From positions 1,798,001 through 1,862,000 of the forward strand of contig OZ037836.1 of the NCBI GenBank assembly GCA_964035575.1: a DNA stretch of 64,000 bases. The letters are read 5' to 3'. Below the pieces are notes generated by a model that was not told the origin of the DNA, made no database searches, and saw only the letters and a program-made list of their open reading frames with translations. The stretch comes from Rhynchopus sp. YZ270_cl-10 (Eukaryota). Each line of letters begins with the position of its first letter. Positions within the stretch are counted from its first letter, which is position 1. Shown here piece after piece: positions 46,134 to 57,699 of the stretch. Both the position numbers and the translations under genes were made by a program.

Positions 46134-49100
46134 GTGGGCCTTGCCCCACTAAAGATAGTGTGCAGCAATGTGACGGCGCTGCAGACAGGCGGGAGCTCTC
46201 TGCTGAAGGTTGCGGAGGATGCTCACGTTGTTCTGGTACAAGAGACAAAGTGCACCGTGACGACGCAGAAGCGCCTCTCCATCGAGTACCGCGAGCAGGG
46301 TTGGCAGGTGGTGTGGGGTAAGGAGTTGCCGGAATGGAGGTCGGCCGAAGAAGCGAAATCTGGTGGTGTTGCGATTCTGGTGAAAGAGGGAATACCTGTG
46401 CTCACGAGCCCGCCCTCCTCAACCTTGGAAAAGAACCTCTGGGACTCAACGCGATGGGTGAAGGCGAAGGTGGCGTACGGCAAAGGCAACGAGTGGATCG
46501 ACGTGACCTCCGTCTACGCGCCGTCGGCGGACCCGGAGGCTAGGGAGAAAATACTTGGCGAGGTGATGGAGGCTGCTGCAGAGCTTGGTGATATTCCTGG
46601 GGTGATTGGTGGGGATTTCAACGCAGGTCCAGGGAAATCAGGTGTGCTGGCTGCTACACTGGACACAGGATGGTGGAAGGACACTGCCGAAGAGCACGCA
46701 AGGGTGCTTGGGACGACCCCGGACAACACCTACTTCTCGGTGAAAGACGGCAAGGAGATCCGCAAGAGGCTCGATTACGTTCTGCTGAACCGAGCTGCGT
46801 GCACAGGGCTGTCGTCTGTGAAGGTTGTCCACGACTCTGGGCTCCCGCAGCACAGACCGGTAGAGATAGCGCTGGATGTAGGTGCGTACAGGCAGATCGT
46901 GCTCGCGTACACTCTGCCGAAGCAGTTCCCTTTGGACAAGTGTGGACAAGGCGTGAAGAATGCACAAAAGGCGTTTGCGAGCAAGGAGCTGCAGTGGGGG
47001 GCGCTTCAACACCCTCAGGATAGGTGGATACAGTGGAACAAGTGGGCAGAGGACTTCTTGCTGCAGGCGTGCGAAGGCGAGATTGAGGGCCCGACGAAGG
47101 CGTATTGCGGAAGAGGCAAAACGTTTGACCCGAAGCCGAAGCACCGGACTGCGAAGCAGAGCAAGGAAGGGGACGCTCTGACAGTGAGCCAGAGAAGGCT
47201 GACGAAGAACGTGGGCAGGCTGGAAGAATGTCGGCTGTGGTACGTGAGGAGCAACGGTGGTGTGCCGCCACATGACGTGTGCAATTGTTGGAGCAAGGCG
47301 CGGAAGGAACTGCGTGTTCTGCTGGACGACGACTCACTGCAACAGGATATGCCTAGCGAGGAGGCTTTGGTGGATCTGTGCAGAGCCGTGCGAGTGAAGG
47401 TGTCAACGCTTGCGGACCGAGTGAAGCGGAAGCGACTGGAGGACTGGCGGCAGCGCCTACGGGATGCATGGCACAATGCTCCCAAGGCGATCTTCAAATA
47501 CTGCAAGGACGAACAGTACAGGAAGATGACTGCCCTGAAGAACGAGGATGGGAAGTTCACCGCCAACGCTGAGGAGATGGACACCCTCCTGCATGAGGCG
47601 TGGATGCCGATTCTTCGCCGATATGCGGAAAAGCCAGAGCCCGACTGGGGTGCGTTTAGGGAGAAGTTTACAGAAGACATCGCAGGCAAGGGGCAAGCGA
47701 TGCAGATGGACAGGCTGACGGGGAAGGAGTTGCAGCAAACTCTGGGGAGGATGAAGACACAAACTTCTGCTGGGGTGGAGGGTTGGCGCATGGCAGAGCT
47801 GAAGGCGCTTCCTCTGGTGCTGCTCGACAGGCTGGCAGATGTGTTTGATGCGATTGAGTGTACGGGGGAGTGGCCGCCTTCTTTGATGAGAGCACTCATT
47901 GCGCTCATCCCCAAAGGGGAAGACGACACCCCGCTGAAGCAGCGACCTATCACGATCACTTCGTGTATCTACAGACTGTGGGCGGCAGCGAGGTTGCGAA
48001 GGCTGATAAAGTGGCAGGAAAGCTGGATTGGTGAGCAACAGCACGGCTTCAGAGCAGGACACAGCACTGCACACCTGTACTGGCATCTGTCGCTCAAGCT
48101 GGAGAAGGCGGTACTGTCGGGTGACGACACAGACCAGGTATGGGGCTTCACGATCGACTACGCCAAATGTTTCGATCGTGTACCTCATGAGATTGTGCTA
48201 TCGCTGGCGGAGGAGTGGGGCGCGCACTGGCGTATTCTTGGACCACTGAGGGCTGCGTACACTGCCATGGAACGCCGCTTCAAGTTGGGAGACGTAGGTG
48301 TGGGAGGCACCTTTCGTACGACAAATGGTATCCTGCAAGGATGCCCACTTTCTGTCGTGCTGTTGAACGCGCTGATGGCGGTGTGGGGATCTGCAGTGAC
48401 GAGAAGGACCGGAGCAATCGCCATGGGGTACGCTGACGACGTGTATGCTGTGGCGAACACGGAAGCGGAGGTGCATGGTGCTGCGAGGGTGACGAAGGAG
48501 TTTATCACTGCTGCGGACATGGAGGTCAAGGCAGAGAAGTGCGTAGGGTTTACCTCGAAGGAGGGAACAAAGACGAAGTTTGGACTTGGCGACGGGCTCT
48601 TCCCCGACAAGAAGCAGTTCGGGGCGGTTGGAGCAGACATTTTGGCAGGAAAGGGGAACTTCGGGCCCATCGCGCGTGAGCGTGCGGTTACTGCGCACCG
48701 TGTGTTTACGAGGGTTTCGAGTGTGCCTTTATCCTTCACTGAGAAGGCACTTATTGGCGCAAGGGGACCAATGATGGCAGCGTTGCATGGGTGCGAAGTG
48801 ACAGACTTCTCAAAGCAGACCATAGAGACGCTGAGGCAAGGGGCAGCACTGGCAGTCTGGGGGCAGGGCAGGAAGCAGCGCACGCTGAACATTGTGTGGC
48901 ATGTGTTATCTCCGGTTGGGATTGATGCGCCAGCGGAGATTGTGCAGAGGAGGATGGCGGCCTTTCTCCGACTGACAGAAGATGACGGCATGCGGAGAGA
49001 AGCAGAAGAAGTGTGGAGGCTGGCACATGACCGAAGAGCGGAGCGGGAGGTGAGGCGGCGTGACAGGGCTTCAGATCTGGCACGTCTCCGGCGCGAGAAC

Positions 49101-50900
49101 CCTGGGGTTGCCAACCCAAGGGTTACTGAAGTGCACAAGAAGGGTGTGATAGAGTTGTTGTGGGACGACCTGGAGCGATACGGATGGCGGTGGAGCAGCT
49201 TCGACTTCTGGACCACACACATCGGGTTGAGGGTGCACGTTCGTCTGTGGGACAAGGGCAAATGGCTGCATGAGCTGAGAGAGGGCATCCGTGCACACGC
49301 GTACCGCCTGACAGTGACGACGAGGCCGTCGATGCAGGGCATTGAGGGAGGTGTGGATCGCCAGGCGACGAACGCAGTGTGGAAGGACCGCACGACCGAC
49401 AGATACCTGGCGGGCGCGATACGCGGAGCCTTGTCGGGCTCTCAGTTGGTGGGGGTGCAGCTGCTGAGGAACAAGGAGGTGGAGACTTCGTTGTGCCGAT
49501 ACTGTGGTGAGGCGATAGAGGACCGGAGACACGCTTGGTGGTGGTGCCCGCAGTGGGACGAAATTCGTGGAGAGGACATCGGAAAACTCCGGGTTTTGCT
49601 CAAAGACGCACCCCCGTGCTTCTTGGACTTTGGCCTGGTGCCGACGATATTCTTGCAGGAGCTGAGTGTTGCGGAGAGAGAGCAGACGGTGCGTCGTGTG
49701 CAACTGATGCTGGTCAGCATCGCGCTGGCAAGGCAGAAGTACGACGTGGAACATGGGTTTTCGCAGAAGAAGAAGAAGCAAGCGGTGGTGGGCCAATCCC
49801 TTTTTCCTTGGGGCTGGAATCCTCAGGAGGGTGCAGTGCTTGAGAGCTACAACCCGCTGGAGAACGTACTGTGGGGGAGCAAGTACATGAAGAAGAGTCC
49901 ACGCTGGACGGAAGACCACTTCTGGGCGCTGAAGGCATGGCTCGCTGCATTGCGTTGGCCTGATGGCACAACGCCCCCCATCACGCAGCTCGAGCTCATG
50001 CTGGACTTTGAGATCTTCTCGGGGTTGGACGTACCGGGTGAGACGGTGTTGAAGAGGGCCGAATCTTTTGGTGCCATGATGCGGACGGCGAAAACTATGG
50101 CGCATGGAAGGGACGTATGGAAAGGAGTGGAGAAGAGGGAGGTGCACCACTTACAGGAACTGGGTGCGGGGATCATGACGGGGTATTCTGTGCGACCTGT
50201 GCTGACGCATGCGGCGGGGGTTGAAGGATACCTGAAGGAGTTGCAGGAGAAGGCGACGTCGCGGAGAGCACTCTCCCGACAAAAGGAAAAGACGAAGGCG
50301 AGGTGGGGTGACGACGCGGATGTGGCTCATACTTCCACTCCGGAAGAACGCTCAGCAAAGAACGAACGCTGGAAGGAAGCGAAGGAAGAGCAGAAGCAGG
50401 CAGAGGAGGTGCGTAGTAGAGCTGCGATAGCTGCAGTTGCGGCAGAGCAGATTCGACGGCAGGAGGCACGCAGGCGGCAGACACCGGCTGTGCGTGTGGA
50501 CGTAAGGAGGAAGGTGGGGGCCATGCGGGTGTGTGACATACACACCAAGATGCGATGCGGGGACTGCGAGCACAACAACATCTCCATCACGGCGTGTTGT
50601 GCGACGCACCATTGTGATGAGCTTATTTTGGGTGACTGTGTGGAGGCGCGTGAGGCGTGTGAGGTGCATAACTTCTCGATGTGCGGACAGTGTGCGGGTG
50701 CGGGGAACGTGTCGATGAAGCAGTGCTGTCAGAAGCACCACAACTGTGTGGCCCACGGGAGGGGTGCTTGCGGTGCATGTGTGCAGGCGGGACGGAAGAG
50801 GAAGAAGGACGGATTGCCGATGCTGGCGTCTCCTCAGGCCTGTTGCGGGAAAGGGCACCACGACACGTCCCAGGGGCGTCTCGGGTTTGCCCCGCGATAA
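46134..50900 (+). CDS. LINE ORF2: AP endonuclease, reverse transcriptase, Zn-binding and Cys/His-rich tail
   Basis: APE motifs SNV, LVQET, SVYAP, GGDFN, RLDYVL and QHRPV. RT motifs LIPKG, RPITI, QHGFR, DYAKCFDRV, GILQGCPLS and YADD. Also CRYC..H..WWC and a C-terminal C..H...C..C...CC..HH repeat. Confidence 0.95.
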   Translation: MGLAPLKIVCSNVTALQTGGSSLLKVAEDAHVVLVQETKCTVTTQKRLSIEYREQGWQVVWGKELPEWRSAEEAKSGGVAILVKEGIPVLTSPPSSTLEKNLWDSTRWVKAKVAYGKGNEWIDVTSVYAPSADPEAREKILGEVMEAAAELGDIPGVIGGDFNAGPGKSGVLAATLDTGWWKDTAEEHARVLGTTPDNTYFSVKDGKEIRKRLDYVLLNRAACTGLSSVKVVHDSGLPQHRPVEIALDVGAYRQIVLAYTLPKQFPLDKCGQGVKNAQKAFASKELQWGALQHPQDRWIQWNKWAEDFLLQACEGEIEGPTKAYCGRGKTFDPKPKHRTAKQSKEGDALTVSQRRLTKNVGRLEECRLWYVRSNGGVPPHDVCNCWSKARKELRVLLDDDSLQQDMPSEEALVDLCRAVRVKVSTLADRVKRKRLEDWRQRLRDAWHNAPKAIFKYCKDEQYRKMTALKNEDGKFTANAEEMDTLLHEAWMPILRRYAEKPEPDWGAFREKFTEDIAGKGQAMQMDRLTGKELQQTLGRMKTQTSAGVEGWRMAELKALPLVLLDRLADVFDAIECTGEWPPSLMRALIALIPKGEDDTPLKQRPITITSCIYRLWAAARLRRLIKWQESWIGEQQHGFRAGHSTAHLYWHLSLKLEKAVLSGDDTDQVWGFTIDYAKCFDRVPHEIVLSLAEEWGAHWRILGPLRAAYTAMERRFKLGDVGVGGTFRTTNGILQGCPLSVVLLNALMAVWGSAVTRRTGAIAMGYADDVYAVANTEAEVHGAARVTKEFITAADMEVKAEKCVGFTSKEGTKTKFGLGDGLFPDKKQFGAVGADILAGKGNFGPIARERAVTAHRVFTRVSSVPLSFTEKALIGARGPMMAALHGCEVTDFSKQTIETLRQGAALAVWGQGRKQRTLNIVWHVLSPVGIDAPAEIVQRRMAAFLRLTEDDGMRREAEEVWRLAHDRRAEREVRRRDRASDLARLRRENPGVANPRVTEVHKKGVIELLWDDLERYGWRWSSFDFWTTHIGLRVHVRLWDKGKWLHELREGIRAHAYRLTVTTRPSMQGIEGGVDRQATNAVWKDRTTDRYLAGAIRGALSGSQLVGVQLLRNKEVETSLCRYCGEAIEDRRHAWWWCPQWDEIRGEDIGKLRVLLKDAPPCFLDFGLVPTIFLQELSVAEREQTVRRVQLMLVSIALARQKYDVEHGFSQKKKKQAVVGQSLFPWGWNPQEGAVLESYNPLENVLWGSKYMKKSPRWTEDHFWALKAWLAALRWPDGTTPPITQLELMLDFEIFSGLDVPGETVLKRAESFGAMMRTAKTMAHGRDVWKGVEKREVHHLQELGAGIMTGYSVRPVLTHAAGVEGYLKELQEKATSRRALSRQKEKTKARWGDDADVAHTSTPEERSAKNERWKEAKEEQKQAEEVRSRAAIAAVAAEQIRRQEARRRQTPAVRVDVRRKVGAMRVCDIHTKMRCGDCEHNNISITACCATHHCDELILGDCVEAREACEVHNFSMCGQCAGAGNVSMKQCCQKHHNCVAHGRGACGACVQAGRKRKKDGLPMLASPQACCGKGHHDTSQGRLGFAPR

Positions 50901-52254
50901 CGAAGGTGGTCACGTGGCGCCTTTCTCACCTCTCAGTTCATCTGAGAAGGTGGGGATGGGTCACGTCAACAAGTTTAATCTCATTGACCACACTGGATAT
51001 GTCAGGGTGGAACAATGTAAGGCACATAGGAGACGACTTTCTCTCCTACTGCAGCGCATTGCGAACCCTTGACTTGTCTGGGTGGAACAATGTGACGCGG
51101 GTTGATGAGCGCTTTCTCTTCAGCTGCACCTCATTGACCACACTGGATATTTCTGGGTGGAACAATGTGACGCAGCTTGGGTTTCGTTTTCTCTCCTGCT
51201 GCAGCGCATTGCAAACCCTTGACTTGTCTGGGTGGAACAATGTAACGCGGGTTGATGAGTCCTTTCTCTCCTCCTGCACCTCATTGACCACACTGGATAT
51301 TTCTGGGTGGCACAATGTAAGGCAAATAGGGAGGCACTTCCTCAAGAACTGCAGCGCATTGCGAACACTTGACTTATCTGGGTTGACGACTGTTCAGCAC
51401 ATTGAGGCAGACTTCCTAAAAGGATGCAACATACCCACAAGCAGCATCAACGTCACCGGATCGAGCAGTGTTGTGTCAGAATATGTGCAGATCCATAGCG
51501 GTAGCCTCTGCAAATGTGTGTGCATGTGAGGCATGTGCATCTTTCGAGAGGCTTGGCGCTCATTGCGATGTTCAGGGAACGAATTTTACATTGCACGTGA
51601 CACTTTGCCCCTACCAAAAATATGAAACTAGTGATATCTTTTTTTATGCCCGGTTCTTTGCATCCTTGCGTGCGTACACTGATACAACCAAGCATGTTGT
51701 TTTATACTAAGTTACGACAAATGCTTTGTCACAACACAGTTTTGTGGTGGGAAATGACTCTTTCATGAGCCAATTGTCTTTTTCTATGCAACATGTTAGA
51801 CCGTTTGGTCTGGGAGGGTTTAGGGTTCTTCTCTGTCTCAGTGATATGTTGAGCAATTACGAGAGGTGTTTGCCGTATTTTATTAGGACAAATACTTTGT
51901 GGTGGGAAATGATTAAAACATCTGAGACTTGTAGTTTATTCCTTTCCCCTATTATTGTGCACTCACCTCATTTCTGTACTTCAAGCAAAAGGGGTTTTTC
52001 CTTGTTGACATTAATTTCTGGGCGTGTTGCAGAGAACTATATAAAATGGAAGAAGCCTGTTCATTCAAGTTCAAGGTGGTTTTCCTCGCAACCGCGTGTG
52101 GTGACGTTTCTGCGTTCGTACGACCTCCACCAATGCTTTCCTCCACGCACTCCGTGCCTTCTTCCCACCATGATTGCCTCCTTCAGTGTTCTGATGTCCT
52201 CTCCTCCTCCCACAACCCCACCACACAACAGAGCAACACAAAAAAGAAGACAAA

Positions 52255-53993
52255 ATGGACGTAACCATCAAGGGGTACGACGACAACTCGTTCATGATCG
52301 AGGTGGGTGTGGATGACACAACGGAGACGATGCGGCAGAAGGTGGCGTCTGCAGTGGGGTTGGCTGAGGACAGCTTCCACATGGGCTTCGGAGGGAAGGA
52401 CGAAGGAGACGACATCACGCAGCTGAGTGCTGGAGACACAATCATCCTCACGAAAGCTACGAACCACCTTTGGGCATATGTTGGCTTCACTCAGAACCTT
52501 TTCGGAGAGCTCTCTCCATCCGGGGAAGGTGAAGATAACGCATGTTCTCGCTTCGTTTGGGGCGAACGCCATCACAGGCATCGACCGCCGTCCTATCTTT
52601 GCCGGCGGAGAAGAAACGTTGAAGGCATTGCGTGCGCTATACGATGCTGGTGTGGCGTACCGGCTGCAACGCAGCTCCGAAGGCATGTCTGAGGTGGAGC
52701 TCCGTGGTGGCGATAGAGCGAGAGGTACATGGATGGGGGAGTATTCTGCTGAGACGGCGTACCCCTCCACAGAAGTTAGGGGCAGGAGGGCACTACCATT
52801 CATCCAGCGGGCAGAACAGGAGACATCTGCGCATGCTCGCTACCGGCACCATGAGCACGTGCGTCCAGGGGACGCACCCGTGAAGGCACCTGAAGGAGCG
52901 GTTCCGATCTTCCAGTTTGCGATATGTGTGCTGCACCGGAAGACGAAGTGTGATGCCTGCTCGAAGAACGCCCAGGCAGACCTGATGCATTGCTGCTTTG
53001 CGCACCACTCCAACGACGACGGGTTACCGATCCGACACGAAGCGTGCACTAAGCATAGACTCTCGAGGTGCGGGAACTGTGTGCAAGAGAAGAGTACGCT
53101 GGATCACTGCTGCCGCCGCCACCACGACACCTCGAAGGGGCGACAGACGACGCTGGGAGGCTTCTTCAGGAAGAAGCAGACGAAGCAGAAGGATGGGCAC
53201 AGCAGGGGCGGTGATGGACTTATGTAACATCATCTCCACGATGTATTGTATCACCTATCTCGGATAGGGGTGCATGCATCGAAAACGGGCCCCCACCCTC
53301 ACGAAAGCTACGAAGTACGCAGCCCGAGCAGAGCTTCACGCGTTGGGTGAGACGGACATCACGTCAGAGCGGTTGGAGGAGGTGGAGGATCCTGAGGTGG
53401 CGTGTTTGCTTCTGCAGGCGGAGGTTGCGACTGTCATTCCGGATGACTTCTTGTCGGGTTCATCGTTAACGAGACTTGATCTGAGTGCTGTGTCATGTGT
53501 GACGGAGGTTGGTGACAGGTTTCTGTACAGTTGTACAACGTTGACAAGCATCGACCTGTCAGGGTTGAGCAATGTGACGCGCATCGGTAACTTCTTTCTC
53601 TACTACTGCAAAGGTTTAACCACTCTGGATCTTTCGCCACTCAGCAACTTGACGCACATCGGTGTCGACTTTCTCTACGACTGCGAAGGTTTAACCACTC
53701 TGGATCTTTCACCACTCAGCAACTTGACAGAAGTCGGTGGAGGCTTTCTCTCCTACTGCAAAGGTTTAACCACTCTGGATCTTTCACCACTCAGCAGGGT
53801 TAAGGTTGTTGGTTCGCACTTTCTTACGAACTGCACTTCGTTGAAGAGTATTCACCTTACCGGCTGCAGCAGTGCTGTGTCCGACGCAGTAGTGAAGTGC
53901 AAGCTGAGCAAACTTGTGGTTGAAGCACGTCCGAAACGCAGCAGAGACGAATCCCCCCAACAAGCACACAAACGGCAGAGACACGCACAATGA
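52255..53993 (+). pseudogene. Divergent UBL-LRR class A gene split by a truncated LINE (52255..52463 + 53315..53993)
   Basis: MDVTIKGYDDNSF UBL. Excision restores ILTKATKYAARAELHALG. Ends RPKRSRDESPQQAHKRQRHAQ. Confidence 0.85.
52464..53296 (+). mobile_element. 5'-truncated LINE (833 bp) related to the 43221 element, 18-bp TSD
   Basis: TSD CCTCACGAAAGCTACGAA at 52446-52463 and 53297-53314. It encodes the same Cys/His tail (CCRRHHDTSKGR versus CCGKGHHDTSQGR). Confidence 0.9.
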
Positions 53994-54882
53994 CGATGAG
54001 GTGTGCTGCATAATGGGCTTCCTCAAGTCGCTCTTCCAACGAAAGCAGACATGGTGGCAGTTTAGTGAGGACACATCAGTTAGCAAATGTTTGTTTAATG
54101 TTGATGAGGGTAGCATCGGTTTGTAATGTGGTCCACGTTTTTGTGGGAATTGTCAAGATCTTGATCACAAAGATGAAGATTTGGGCTGTGTAAAGTGTTT
54201 GTCTTGTTTGCCTTGTCGGGTGTGTGCACTGTATGTGAAACAACTGTGGATCTGCAGGCACGTGCTCTGATGTTTATTCAGTGTGGTGTGTTGTGGTTTT
54301 GTTATGTCTTTACGCTTTTTTACGTTTGTAGAAGAAGGGACCTTGCGAACATTCTTTCGCAGGTGGGTACAAGCTGTCACCGTGGCACTCAGCTACGGTG
54401 CAGAAGAGGCAGTAGGGCAGACCAACTACCAAAGGTGGGGTCTGCTAGAGGGAAGGGGTTACGTTTTCAGGGTGTGTGCACTGTACGTGAGACAACTGAC
54501 GTGCTCTGTTGTTTATCCAGGATCACGAACCCATGTCATTTGAAAGCATATTCGGGGATGGTACATGGGGACAGGAAGGGTAACAAACAAGGTGGTCGCC
54601 CTTCTTTATTAGCACGCCATATGTTAGGGTTTTGTGCATTGCTTCTTTCATTTGTTTTGCAGTCAGACGAAGAAGGAGGCCGTGCCTGCTGCTCTTCCTC
54701 TGACATGAAATACAAATGTAGTGTTTCTTTTGTTTCTGTTTTCACTTCTAAATACTGTTCTCGCAAGTATTCGGGCAAATGTAACATATCAAAAGACCTC
54801 TCCCCTTGTAACTGTTTGTTGTCTCTTGCGTACTCTTACCCCCAATTGAAAACACCATCACAAAACAGAGAGACACAAAACC

Positions 54883-55884
54883 ATGGAAATATGTGTGAGG
54901 AGCTTTGACGGAGAGAAGTACACAGTCGAGGTGGGTGTGGATGATACAACTGCGGACATACGGCGGAAGGTGGCGTCTGCAGCAGAGTTGTGCGAAGACG
55001 GCTTTGACATGAGCTTCGGTGGGAAGCTGCTGGCCGAAGGAGACGACACGACGCAGCTGAGTGCTGGGGACACAGTTGTGCTGACGAAGACGAAGTCGCA
55101 GAAGGACGACGCCATTGCAGCTCTTCGTGACTTGGGTGAGACAGCGCTGACGACACAGAGGTTCAAAGGTCTGACAGATCCCAAGCTGGTTCATTTGTTT
55201 CTGCAGGCGGAAGTTGTTACTGAGATCCCCTCCAACTGCTTGAGAGATGGCACGTTCGAAGAACTTGATCTCAGTGGTGTGCCAGGTGTGACTGCAGTAG
55301 GCCACTCCTTTCTCTACTGCTGCACCTCATTGCACACTGCTGACTTATCTGGGTGGAGCAATGTGTCACCCCTAGAGGGTTTCTTTCTCTACAGCTGCAG
55401 CGCATTGACTACCCTTGACTTGTCTGGGTGGAACAATGTGACGCGGGTTGGTGACTACTTTCTTTACAAGTGCACCTCATTGACCACACTGGATATTTCT
55501 GGGTGGAACAATGTGACGCAACTTGGGAACTCTTTTCTCCGCGAGTGCAGCGCATTGCAAACACTTGACTTATCTGGGTGGAACAATGTAACGACTGTCG
55601 GATCCTGCTTCCTCTACAACTGCACCTCATTGACCACACTGGACTTATCTGGGTGGAACAATGTAACGCAGATTAGGAGCTACTTCCTCTCCAACTGCAC
55701 CTCATTGAGCACACTGGACTTGTCTGGGTGGAATAATGTTACGCAGATTCATCCATACTTCCTGTATCGATGCAACATACGGACAAGCAGCATCAATGTC
55801 ACCGGATCGAGCAGTGTTGTGACGAAAGATGTGCACAGCCGTAAGGTAAAGCACAAAATCAAACACAAATGTGTGTGCATGTGA
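54883..55884 (+). CDS. UBL-LRR protein class B (CaaX)
   Basis: Paralog, ends KHKCVCM*. Confidence 0.88.
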   Translation: MEICVRSFDGEKYTVEVGVDDTTADIRRKVASAAELCEDGFDMSFGGKLLAEGDDTTQLSAGDTVVLTKTKSQKDDAIAALRDLGETALTTQRFKGLTDPKLVHLFLQAEVVTEIPSNCLRDGTFEELDLSGVPGVTAVGHSFLYCCTSLHTADLSGWSNVSPLEGFFLYSCSALTTLDLSGWNNVTRVGDYFLYKCTSLTTLDISGWNNVTQLGNSFLRECSALQTLDLSGWNNVTTVGSCFLYNCTSLTTLDLSGWNNVTQIRSYFLSNCTSLSTLDLSGWNNVTQIHPYFLYRCNIRTSSINVTGSSSVVTKDVHSRKVKHKIKHKCVCM

Positions 55885-56787
55885 GGCACTGTCTGCTCTT
55901 GAGCGGCGTGTTCTTCTTCTTATCAACAAACACTCTGCAGTGGGATATGATCCACTACCACCGATCCAAACTACTGTGCACTGATTTTCCGAAAGTCAAA
56001 ATCTCTGACTTTCTGCCAGACTGCAGCAAGATCTAGATACGCGGCGCCTGCCGAGTTGACATCGATCTGTGCGAGCTGGGCTCACCAAGATATCTTGCCC
56101 GTGGCCAACAGCTCTACAACCTGGGTGCTTATGACCCACCCCTGCACCTACGGACAACACTGATCCACTCTAACGTGCAGGTGTCCTGCGGGACGTCTTG
56201 CACTGGGAGCTGAGCTGCGCCTGCACCCGCAGAACAACGACTTCGAATGTGTAAACAACAAATACAAGCTACTTTGGTGTGGCTGAAGGGGGGTGGTGCT
56301 ATTTTCTGCTATTTTGGGGTCGTCGGGCACACCATACTTTCCAGGGTTGAGGACAACGTGCGTCTATATCTTTTTTAGTACAATAGCCAGAGAAAACAGA
56401 TCCTGCACTAGCAGGTGATTGTCGACACAGCAAGTGTGGATGCATCAACGCACAGCAAAAACGATCAAAGAAAGAGACACAAGCATACTTTCAACGGAAA
56501 AAAGAAATCTGCTTTTATTCGTGTCGCCCCCTACCTCACCTGCTTATTCTTTACACTACCTTGAAGATAGTAAGTCTGGCGACTCACAAAATTCATTAAA
56601 GCATTCTGGCAAGGTTGTCTTCTTGCAGCCAACTTACTCGTGAATAACAATGATTTTGGGCATCGTTACGTTGGGAAACTGCTTTATGCTTGTTCATGCA
56701 TCACACCTGTGCTTTGTCAAGGCAACATAGAAGGTCTGAACGAACATCCCCTGCCCCAAAACACCTGAAACAGAGAGACACAAAACC
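55885..56787 (+). repeat. ~900-bp intergenic unit duplicated at 61220-62121 and partly at ~62974-63415
   Basis: Near-identical sequence, with the same short ORFs repeated in the ORF track (MPDDPKIAEN..., MSTQQVWMHQ...). Confidence 0.85.
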
Positions 56788-57699
56788 ATGGAAATATGTG
56801 TGAAGAGCTTTGACGGAGAGAAGTACACAGTCGAGGTGGGTGTGGATGATACAACTGCGGACATACGGCGGAAGGTGGCGTCTGCAGCAGAGTTGTGCGA
56901 AGACGGCTTTGACATGAGCTTCGGAGAGAAGCTGCTGCCCGAAGGAGACGACACGACGCAGCTGAGTGCTGGGGACACAGTTGTGCTGACGAAGACGAAG
57001 TCGCAGAAGGGCGAAGCATACTATGCTCTTCGTGACTTGGGTGAGACAGCACTGACGACACAGAGGTTCAAAGGTCTGGAAGATCCCAAGCTGATTCATT
57101 TGTTTCTGCGGGCGGAGGTTGTTACTGAGGTACCCAATGAATTCTTGTCAGGTGCCCCGTTCTCAGAACTTGATCTCAGTGGTGTGCCAGGTGTGACTGC
57201 AGTAGGCCACTCCTTTCTCCACTACTGCAGGGCGTTGCACACTGCTGATTTATCTGGGTGGAGCAGGGTGAGGCAAATCGGGGTAGCGTTCCTCGGCAGC
57301 TGCTACGCATTGAGCACCCTTGACTTGTCTGGGTGGAGGAATGTGACGCAGGTGGACGACCGCTTCCTCGCAAGCCTAACCTCGTTGACAACAGCCAACT
57401 TGTCTGGGTGGAGCAGGGTGGCGCAAGTAGGGATCTTCTTCCTCGCTGACTGCAGCTCGTTGACCATGCTTGACTTATCTGGGTGGAACAGTGTTACCCA
57501 CATTGCAGACGACTTCGTCATCCAGTGCAGCTCGTTGAGAACGCTAGACTTATCTGGGTGGGCGAGTGTGACGCATGTTGGGCGAGGTGCACTGAAACAC
57601 TGTAACGTACGTAAATGCAGCATCAACGTCACCGGATCGAGCAGTGTTGTGTCAGAATATGTGCAGAGGCGTACCAAGCGCGAATGTGTGTGCATGTGA
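56788..57699 (+). CDS. UBL-LRR protein class B (CaaX)
   Basis: Paralog, ends RRTKRECVCM*. Confidence 0.88.
   Translation: MEICVKSFDGEKYTVEVGVDDTTADIRRKVASAAELCEDGFDMSFGEKLLPEGDDTTQLSAGDTVVLTKTKSQKGEAYYALRDLGETALTTQRFKGLEDPKLIHLFLRAEVVTEVPNEFLSGAPFSELDLSGVPGVTAVGHSFLHYCRALHTADLSGWSRVRQIGVAFLGSCYALSTLDLSGWRNVTQVDDRFLASLTSLTTANLSGWSRVAQVGIFFLADCSSLTMLDLSGWNSVTHIADDFVIQCSSLRTLDLSGWASVTHVGRGALKHCNVRKCSINVTGSSSVVSEYVQRRTKRECVCM

Larger units (their letters stand above)
43221..50979 (+). mobile_element. Full-length non-LTR retrotransposon (APE-RT LINE), 7759 bp, 17-bp TSD
   Basis: TSD CTCATTGACCACACTGG at 43204-43220 and 50980-50996. Two uninterrupted ORFs, a 3' hairpin and no poly(A). Confidence 0.95.
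42686..51529 (+). pseudogene. UBL-LRR class B gene split by a LINE (42686..43220 + 50997..51529)
   Basis: Removing the insert and one TSD copy restores CTSLTTL|DMSGWNN...LCKCVCM* in frame. Confidence 0.88.
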
